A stretch of DNA of 64,000 nt from Trypanosoma brucei (taxonomy: Eukaryota). Both the position numbers and the translations under genes were made by a program. Below the pieces are notes generated by a model. It was not told where the DNA came from and made no database searches. It was given only the letters and a program-made list of their open reading frames with translations. The stretch is taken from the NCBI GenBank assembly GCA_000002445.1, contig CP000067.1:704001-768000 (forward strand), in the 5' to 3' direction. This document shows, piece by piece, positions 57,201 through 64,000 of this stretch; positions within the stretch are counted from its first letter, which is position 1; each line of letters opens with the position of its first letter.

Positions 57201-60200
57201 GGTTATAACGCCATATGTGTCGACTCTGCGGGAGGAGGCCGTGAGCAACCCTGTCATTCACGCACCCCCAGCGCTCGCCGTACTCGACAGCGACGAGGTG
57301 CAGCTGTTGATGCCATATGTAGAGACCGAGACAAAATCACTCATGTTAGATCTCCTCATTCAACACGCGGCCGCCCCACAGCCGTCTATCACTTCATGGC
57401 TGTGTGGCTATCAAATGTACGGTTCCACAGAGGAACTGCTACCCGGGTACTGTCTCGAGCCTATCATTGATGGCGCACGCAGTCGCGTACTCGAAGAAAA
57501 AAGCCCGCATATTGCTGTCAAGTACGTGAAGCTGTTGTATCAGCTGCGCGCTAATCCCTCCTTGTGCACACCAAGCTTGAAGCGCCTCATGAGGGAGCGG
57601 GGAACTGACGAGATGTTCCATGTTTTGAAGACGTTGCGGCCAGATCAGTGCCCCCCGCTCGTGATGAGTAAGTACGCCTTTGTAATGAAACTGTTGGGGC
57701 TTGAACTCTTTAGCGTCGGTACGGAGTTCCTAGAGGAGCTGAACGCCTTATCACCCTTGACGCCTCATGCCAGCGTGGTCGAGCTCCTCTTCCAGTTGTT
57801 GCAAGCGGCACCACCGCACGAACTGTACAGACAGACCAGTGAATCAGGCGCACAACTAGTTCTGGAAGACCATAACAACGGTGTCGCTTTGGACTTTGCT
57901 CAATGGCCCTCATCATGTCTCATGTCTCTTCCGCCGTTCCCCGCAAACTGCGTAGCGCCTGGGGGGGCGGAGAGTTACGTCTTCCGCGCCAGCGATGATG
58001 TTCCACAGTATTCTATTCCTCGTTTGTACGAGGCGCTCCGAAGAGAGAACATTGCAAACAAGGGGGAGGCCCCATCTGGAGCGGAGTTGCGTGAGCAATT
58101 GGGAGTTTTCGCGCGGGCAAATGAATGTCTTCTTGCCTACGCGAGTGCGGTGCAGTTTCTCGACGGGTGGTGCACTTTAACGAATATCACCGTAGTCGTT
58201 CTTGACCGTATCAGCCATGAGCGCGTGGTATACTTGGCGCGGTCTATGCTGGGCAGCGTGCAGTTAATATCCAATCTTACCGTGGCGGCACAGGAACAAA
58301 TTGTACATCGGGTAAGTCGGACAATGTCAACCCTTGCGGCGCAACTAAGACGGAAACTGGGAAGAAACACGAATGGAGAAGGGCTTAGCGGCGCCACAGC
58401 AACGTGTGCAGGGGATGAAGGCCCTGTGGAGGCAGACGTGAGCGTGCCGCAGACCGCACAGCAGGATGTGACCAGCTTCCTCCAGGTAACAGGTACAAAG
58501 ATTTCGGCTTTTGGGACAAATGCAAGTCTAACAAGGGGACGGTTAACTGGCGGTAGCAAAAGGGATCCAAGGGGAGCTGTTGTAAGCCGCATGGACGCAA
58601 CGGGAGTCATCTCAACACTCGTGGAGGCCCCCAGCCGCGCGGCCATACATTCGGAGAACCTTCAGCTGCTGAGGACCCTCTTGATTGTTACCGTCCAATG
58701 GGGATCGCGCGTCCCTCAGGCACGTCAACATCTCTATGACGCCATTTCAGCATTCCTTAGCATTTCTGGAACGAATGTGGATGACATTACGCTTCAGCAA
58801 TACCATAATGCCCTTTTTGACATCCTCGTCCAAGACACATCGGCAACTGCTACAAACGGTAACAAGTTTGCCGCCTTACCCCTTCTTAGTCAACTCATGT
58901 ATATCTCCCCCCAGTTGTGTGAGTTACTTTGTGTATCACTTACCAATGACGGGGTCAGTCCTCGACTGATGTCGTGTGTGGCGCAGTGCTTTCAGGCGAT
59001 CGATGAATCTATCTGTGCATTTTTCAGCCACGGTGGTGCCAGCGTTTCGTCTATTCTGTGGTTTGTGAGGGTCGTGTTCGACATGTTAATGGTCATCTCT
59101 CAGCGGCACTCCCTGCAGCTGTTTCATGCGAATGCTCTCACTCACTGTATGGGGATGAAACTATGGAGTACCTGCGCGCGTATAATGTTGGGCCACGTGA
59201 AGTACGCCGCGGGTACGTCGCTGTCTAATACAGAAAATATTGAAGTGTTTAAAGAGGTCATCCACAATGTCCTGCTTTCTACCATACGTTGGTTCAACGC
59301 AGTGCTCTCGGCTTTGGATAACTCGGAGTCTGCACTAGGCGCCGTCGCGGATTTTGTATTTTCCCAGCAGTTACTGTTTCAAAGCGTACTGGTTTCGCCT
59401 ACAACAAGCGAGCACCGACGCTTCATCGACACGCCAACACTCGAGATGTATGGTGAAATTGGGGGCCTGCTCCTGCGTCTAGCTTCATCGCCGCTGGTGG
59501 ACGAATGCCGACCGTTTGTGCAACTTTTTGCCTTGACCGAATTGCTGGATGTCCTGACGCGAAGTGAGTTCATCAACACGCCAATCTTTCTCGAAGACAG
59601 AATGCCAAACTCAGTGGCGGCGGTTCCTCTTTCGAGCAGCCAATCGGGGTCTCTTCCCTCCATATATCAGCGGCAGCTGATCGCAGTTGCAACGCAGAAC
59701 ATCGTCCTCTTTATTTTCTTCGTCGAGCGACTGGTACAGCATTTCAACGGCTATGAGGGAAATGTCCCTTCAGCTCAACAACAGCCGGAGTTGCAGAAAA
59801 AGAGTTACCTGCGCGACGACCCGCGTAGCAGGTTCCTTATCACGACAATCACCGAAAATGTTGTGGCTATTATGGAAAAGTTCTGTGATGGTCAGGTCCT
59901 ACACGTGGCGACGGTTGTGCCGTACTTCGTTGCAACCCACAGTCTTGTACTTTTGTTGCATGCATTCCTTCTGGTGGACCGCGCCTTCTCTCTAAATAAT
60001 GTTAACTCGAACAATCAATGGGGTGGCATCGTGCACGCCCTTGAAGAGGCCCGGCGTGTTGTGGGTCTTTGGCGAGCGCTTCACTCGGATTATCATAAGG
60101 GAGTCAAGGTAAGCCGCACCGGAGGTCGCTGGAGTGTTGCCGCCCCATCCTTGAGTAATCAGACCTTACATCATGCAGCAGTTATGCCGGTTCCTCCGGC

Positions 60201-60504
60201 AGAAGTGGAAAGCCCCTCCGCTGCTGGCAGTCGAGCAGCTGCTGGTGAGATGATTCATGCGGACAACGCGGCCCCTGCGCCAGCGGAAAACGGCACGAAT
60301 ATGGCGTCCATCACTTCAGGTACAGTTTGCGATCGGACAACCATCGGTGCGCTGGTGGAACTCTCGAGAATCGGCTGCATGGACACTGTGAGTGATGAGC
60401 CGCCTGTGTACAAAGCAGTCGATCAGGTAGTCTTGATGGAGTCATTCTTGCGACGGGTGAAGGTGGCAATCTCCAATGCGTTGCGGGAGGCCTCCCGTAT
60501 GTGA
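54292..60504 (+). CDS. very large (about 2070 aa) alpha-helical/solenoid protein (HEAT/ARM-like; function unknown, nucleoporin- or scaffold-like)
   Basis: A continuous 6.2-kb ORF, Leu/Ala-rich with helical periodicity throughout. The track start at 54226 is TTG; the first ATG is at 54292 (MMNPEDV), after a polypyrimidine tract at 54108-54215. Confidence 0.6.
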   Translation: MMNPEDVLQSIANVCRTGHLGDAAAAGIKAYIAAPFKHSNTSHSSTTVTNSSTMANIPPANVTAAPPTGLGGVGGGFTTSIQQQPFALLNTVKDTQASHVTATDELDEQVSKIKSLMNLLLLCGDPERFGSVTCVIASIAPTVSSNVVNFIKTEISPTSLSLIDHGPVASSLASNGKSNPVLLAAQCLFLLTRHFQMNPDVVRGICELLEILLQEMSCHTNSSTTSAASFRQHPSTRGLCALTWFVTMSLVNTLAVWQKLRGATGVAQENALLGSNIVADIEKWATNLHARLERTQDTGFLSSSLQMRRGISQQYQHDEAAWRGGNGKRPRWLVIVDGYMSIVLLALGMFLCGKGDERGLDKAVEAFVGDCAHSTGAGRRGKVMKYIVDLAPLQAMLAIPLECIYIIPYEMAAYMFDEMLVAVKHVADIDVSSCVRYLEALQSKSDASYAIKGDVAAADGGLQRPEANKAQAGEEPFISETAHILRALTICLENLPSTVLNPDIDVDCAVTFFIFKNCVTHMRAIFETQRSSGAWEAYTLKVVTRFLDVLAMIGRNPQYTQRVVALFSEMQVNCAELQWSSLIAKAQACAGASGDAVPLTLCDNGGSMAALRKPSVSGAAAPGRHRQFTPEYLQEKQQEFASSVFVLLRQMATHPLLSEQVRQHTTLNVVLGFLHATKLSQLVLGRVLSLIGSLITNHEEAACVWTYLEESHLICSTENAAAQTKGGQGSSTVMGNKQRQGDNVAVTVEARSLLGHCQYECHHATYSITIGFLDLMLAMFKYHRPDVTCLPTYATIIRFISEEIFRGVSRRSFSCEKERYIVTALAAVVLNRALSLHLPLHGKNNVPSFQLVMACSKAPADVLGELLHIIGEAAGALHEMDNYQRAAVRQCLALLRTAITVKEEQRLDNIFTFDARTHSSKEFAAQLLPLCVSFDSLLANKALQVLLLLPHSTLSEAARYWDGRPDALETVITPYVSTLREEAVSNPVIHAPPALAVLDSDEVQLLMPYVETETKSLMLDLLIQHAAAPQPSITSWLCGYQMYGSTEELLPGYCLEPIIDGARSRVLEEKSPHIAVKYVKLLYQLRANPSLCTPSLKRLMRERGTDEMFHVLKTLRPDQCPPLVMSKYAFVMKLLGLELFSVGTEFLEELNALSPLTPHASVVELLFQLLQAAPPHELYRQTSESGAQLVLEDHNNGVALDFAQWPSSCLMSLPPFPANCVAPGGAESYVFRASDDVPQYSIPRLYEALRRENIANKGEAPSGAELREQLGVFARANECLLAYASAVQFLDGWCTLTNITVVVLDRISHERVVYLARSMLGSVQLISNLTVAAQEQIVHRVSRTMSTLAAQLRRKLGRNTNGEGLSGATATCAGDEGPVEADVSVPQTAQQDVTSFLQVTGTKISAFGTNASLTRGRLTGGSKRDPRGAVVSRMDATGVISTLVEAPSRAAIHSENLQLLRTLLIVTVQWGSRVPQARQHLYDAISAFLSISGTNVDDITLQQYHNALFDILVQDTSATATNGNKFAALPLLSQLMYISPQLCELLCVSLTNDGVSPRLMSCVAQCFQAIDESICAFFSHGGASVSSILWFVRVVFDMLMVISQRHSLQLFHANALTHCMGMKLWSTCARIMLGHVKYAAGTSLSNTENIEVFKEVIHNVLLSTIRWFNAVLSALDNSESALGAVADFVFSQQLLFQSVLVSPTTSEHRRFIDTPTLEMYGEIGGLLLRLASSPLVDECRPFVQLFALTELLDVLTRSEFINTPIFLEDRMPNSVAAVPLSSSQSGSLPSIYQRQLIAVATQNIVLFIFFVERLVQHFNGYEGNVPSAQQQPELQKKSYLRDDPRSRFLITTITENVVAIMEKFCDGQVLHVATVVPYFVATHSLVLLLHAFLLVDRAFSLNNVNSNNQWGGIVHALEEARRVVGLWRALHSDYHKGVKVSRTGGRWSVAAPSLSNQTLHHAAVMPVPPAEVESPSAAGSRAAAGEMIHADNAAPAPAENGTNMASITSGTVCDRTTIGALVELSRIGCMDTVSDEPPVYKAVDQVVLMESFLRRVKVAISNALREASRM

Positions 60505-61316
60505 AAGGGTAAAGGGAAATGGTGTATCAGAACAGAATCAAACTTTGAGGAATAGCGTAGTGTGATGGAAGTGATGCTGAAATGCTGTAACTTATGTGGT
60601 GAAAAGAGAAAAAAACACATAGAAAGGGAGGGGCCATTTGGATTTGTAACCCCTCTTCCTTACAAACACACACGAAGGGGAGAGTTCCGGGCGTACATGA
60701 AGGTTCTGCGGGTATAAACGAATAATGAATAACACGTTCCACTCTGGAAAGAGTGGGGAGTATTAAAGGGGAATGCGAAAAGGAATGATTTTATTACATT
60801 GATCACACACGCTGGTCGGATTTTTTTTTTTGTCAGTCAAGGTGCTCCCTCCCCTCTTATTTTAACCCTGTAAGTCGTAGCAAAGCGCTCTGTCCCCACA
60901 CGAATACAAAAATTTTGTCGCGCCCTTTTTCTCTCTGGTATCACCCCTGCTGTAAACGCCAGTGCTTAGTTCTGACACACGTGAAAAAGTGCGTGGACGT
61001 TCTCTTTTTTTCTGCGTTACTTCACTCTCCGCAATTAGCATCTCGCGGGTGCTTGAACGCAGGCATCCCAAGGTAGCGTATTCCTGAGGAAGCCGTATCA
61101 GCTGTGCGATTTCCAACGGTGTCAAAAGCCGATATATTCACACGCATTATAAGGAACATATACGTGTTGTGCACAGGTGGGTGTCATATTTTATATGCGT
61201 GTAAGTTGGCCTCCATTTGACTGCAAGGATAATATTTAGGGCTTCACAGCAATAACACAAACACACAAATATATATATATATATAAACATATTTTGTTTT
61301 CAAGTATCGGACACGC

Positions 61317-63212
61317 ATGAATTCTGCCTCACAGGATATCGCCGATACTGTACGGCAGCTTCAGAAGTTGTCGCGTGAACTACAGCCTGTCAAAGCGGCG
61401 CTGGCGGCTATCGCAAAACGTGAGAGGGCAACACCAAACGCCGCTACCGCCGCAGGATCACTGGACAAAGTCGCCTCTCGCGTCCAAGAGGTATCCCGTA
61501 AGTACAGTTCCTTCTTTAGTCGGGTCAATTTCCTCCTGGACGCTGAGTTCCCTCGCCTACAAGCCATTACACCACTGCTGGAGGTTTGCCGTGATGGCGA
61601 GGACACTAGCGGGGAGGGCAACAGCGGGCAGGACCCGTTCCGGCTTGTCTGTTCACCAATTGTCCCGCACATTTTGAATCGTACAAGTTACCACGTGGTT
61701 TGTGGTGTGATTCGCCTGCACATGGAAATGGTTGATTACCTTATTGCAACAGAGCGGTATCAGTTGGCCTGCCATGTGGCTGACGCTTACGGGTTGCCGC
61801 TCTACCTGTTTCCGAGGCTTGCTGCACTTGTTTTACCGCCGCTTCCGCCCATTCAAAACAACAGTGCCGGCTCTGAAGAAAGAGGAGGGGGAAGAGACTC
61901 CACCTCGCTCCCGGCGTCAGCACTCGTATCCCCCTACCTCGGCCCAGTGTCAGCGAAAGCGACCTTGGGATCAAACGAAACAGGGCCTCCACACGACAGC
62001 GTGCCGCCGGAACATATAGCTGTCAAGTGCATTGAGGCAAAGCACTCTGTCATGGAAGCGATTGCATACTGTGAAGGGAAACTGCTGCCCGCATTGGAAA
62101 GTATTGAGCCGGAGAGGCGGCCAAAAGAAATGGAGGTGTTGTACGACCTTCTCCTGGACTTGCACGTTACACGGATCCTGCAACTATTTCAAGGAGGAAC
62201 TACAGGGCAGGAGGCTATCCACGTGTATCTAGCAAACAATATCCTGCGATGGGCAACACGCCGGCCATATTTCGTTCAGACTGTCATCAACGCTCTCACA
62301 CTACGAAGTGAGGCTGGCGCGACGGCAGTGCCACCTCAAAAGAGCGCCGTGCAGAACGGGAGGGAAAGAACGCCAAATGGAAGAAGTGCATGTCGAACCT
62401 CCCAAAAGGACGAAGAGGCGATACGATTGGTGGCGTGTATGATGTCAGTAGAGGGCTACCGGAAGTTGGCCGTTTTGTTCCACCGGGGAGCAATTCTTGC
62501 AGGCTCGCAAATCCTCTCCCTCGCTGAAACCCTCGAGCGCCGCAGGGCTTCAGCTGCCTCCCAATCCCAAGCTGTTGGTAGCGACGCCTGCGCAAGTACC
62601 ATGGAGGGATGCAAGTGTGAACTACCCGATCTCGTCGTCCGTGCCGTGGCCGCATCCATCTTACTGAAGGACGAATACTTTGATCGCATGGTAATCAGCA
62701 GGCGCAGTGCCGCTGACGCCGAAAATGGCGGGGGTGAGACGCGGGCAATTCAAATCCCACCAACTCATCTGAACACACAGTCCGGGTCCGCGGCGTTTGA
62801 TGGAGCGGTCATGGCAATTGTGGAGGAAATGTTGAGGTCATTCTTCTGTAACAAGCAAAATAGCGAGGCACAGCAAAGCGGTCGAGGCAAGTCCCTTGAT
62901 GGTGTGAACAGTTGCGTGCCTCTGAATGCATCAGATCTGCTTCAGGTAGAGGAACGGTGGAGCAATGACGTGATCTTCATTAGGCGTCCCACACGCTTTT
63001 ACTGCTACATAACGAAAGAGTGCTTCGATGGCGGACGTGGTGGGAACTATCCGCTTGCACTCCCTAATGGTACAGTTGTGTCGAAACTCGCCATCATGCA
63101 GTACCACTCAAAAAATGTCAGTCAAAGTGATCACGCGCAACCAGTTGTGGTGTGTCCCCGAACGGGTGAAGAGTTCCCCATATCGGCAATAAAGCGCATC
63201 TTCGTTACCTGA
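61317..63212 (+). CDS. CTLH-complex E3 subunit, MAEA/RMD5 (Gid9/Gid2)-like, with a C-terminal RING-Gid domain
   Basis: The C-terminus RPTRFYCYITKECFDGGRGGNYPLALPNGTVVSKLAIMQY…VVCPRTGEEFPISAIKRIFVT matches the degenerate RING of MAEA/RMD5 (F.C.isKe…NPP..LPNG.VyS..al..m…CPrTg..f…..k.vy). An upstream LisH/CTLH-like helix reads YLIATERYQLACHVADAYGLP. Confidence 0.7.
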   Translation: MNSASQDIADTVRQLQKLSRELQPVKAALAAIAKRERATPNAATAAGSLDKVASRVQEVSRKYSSFFSRVNFLLDAEFPRLQAITPLLEVCRDGEDTSGEGNSGQDPFRLVCSPIVPHILNRTSYHVVCGVIRLHMEMVDYLIATERYQLACHVADAYGLPLYLFPRLAALVLPPLPPIQNNSAGSEERGGGRDSTSLPASALVSPYLGPVSAKATLGSNETGPPHDSVPPEHIAVKCIEAKHSVMEAIAYCEGKLLPALESIEPERRPKEMEVLYDLLLDLHVTRILQLFQGGTTGQEAIHVYLANNILRWATRRPYFVQTVINALTLRSEAGATAVPPQKSAVQNGRERTPNGRSACRTSQKDEEAIRLVACMMSVEGYRKLAVLFHRGAILAGSQILSLAETLERRRASAASQSQAVGSDACASTMEGCKCELPDLVVRAVAASILLKDEYFDRMVISRRSAADAENGGGETRAIQIPPTHLNTQSGSAAFDGAVMAIVEEMLRSFFCNKQNSEAQQSGRGKSLDGVNSCVPLNASDLLQVEERWSNDVIFIRRPTRFYCYITKECFDGGRGGNYPLALPNGTVVSKLAIMQYHSKNVSQSDHAQPVVVCPRTGEEFPISAIKRIFVT

Positions 63213-64000
63213 AATGGGGGGGAATCAAGAAGAGGAAAAGTTAACTCTGAAGGCGGGTTGAATGCTCGAGTTTGTTAGTTCTCTTTACCCATCCACTACC
63301 CCGTCTTATTCCCCATTTTGCTTATATATTTGCGGTGCTCGGTTTATGCCGGTGTACTCAGTCCACCACCAGTGAATTTTTTTTAAAGTAGAAGTGGAGT
63401 GGAGTCCCGAGAAAAGGATGAAGTGTTTGTCAACACCAAAAAAGAAAAAGAAGGAACTCCTGCTGTGTTGTACCGGTGTGCTTTACACCTGGGCTTCTAA
63501 ACACAGCGGAAGGGTAGGAACGGTGAAACAAAGTTCGGCCTCGTTGCAGTCCGGAAGAGGCAATGTGGCTGCCTTTTTGCCACAAACAACCTTCTTTCGA
63601 AGCTCATTTCTCCCATTGCAAGGGAGGCTATTCCATTTCTCCCCTTCCTTCCTGCCCCTCCCCCTTATTCAATAGCAACGAGGTGTAACAATGGCATAAA
63701 TTGTGTTGCCTCATTTATTTTTGTGTGCGCCTGCGTCAGTACCTGAAACTATCAGTCAGGGGGGAAGGTGATGATGATAGTGGATATAACGGAAGGAGAG
63801 GGGGGAAACAAGAGATAAAAGACTGCTGAAGGGACTTCATGGGGGAGCCTCCCATGCCAGAAGGGGGAAAAACAGGTTCAGAAACACAGTTGGAGTTGCA
63901 AACGATTTCTACGCGCATGTGAACTTTTGAAACTCTATAGGCGTGCGCTCAAGGCGATGTGTTGCTGGCTCATTACATGCGCATCACTAATTCTTTTCCA

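Noticed and set aside
58137-58646. Antisense ORFs (for example 58137..58646 -, 33195..33719 -, 55902..56378 -) inside long + strand genes
   Set aside because: They are embedded opposite to clearly conserved coding frames in GC-rich DNA. They are a typical by-product of codon bias and have no independent support.

Overview
The window looks like part of a trypanosomatid (Trypanosoma-like) chromosomal core region. About 22 protein-coding genes all lie on the + strand as one directional polycistronic array, and no RNA gene, CRISPR array or mobile element could be supported. Coding segments are GC-richer and complex. Intergenic segments are AT-rich and low-complexity, with (TA)n/(TG)n/(AC)n/(TTGG)n microsatellites, polypyrimidine tracts upstream of starts (trans-splicing/polyadenylation signals) and GA-rich polypurine blocks just downstream of several stop codons.

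Recognisable products, from conserved motifs read directly in the translations:
- pyroglutamyl-peptidase I
- a protein fusing a thioredoxin-like domain to a zeta-toxin-like P-loop kinase domain
- an HMG-CoA-lyase-family enzyme with a C-terminal EF-hand-like extension
- a UBC-fold E2 whose HPN catalytic motif reads SPL
- a degenerate DEAD-box-like helicase
- a kinesin
- a p25-alpha/TPPP protein
- a TTC39/Iml2-like protein
- a PPR-like protein
- an R3H-like protein
- a protein with two C2-like domains
- ESCRT-II Vps22/SNF8
- a 2092-aa alpha-solenoid protein
- a MAEA/RMD5-like CTLH E3 subunit with a C-terminal RING-Gid

The rest are hypothetical proteins. I found no compact prokaryote-style novel system. 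The items most worth a second look are the unusual domain fusions, the catalytically variant E2 and helicase, and four long ORF-free intergenic blocks. Several ORF-track starts are TTG/GTG artefacts; where I moved a start to an in-frame ATG I say so.
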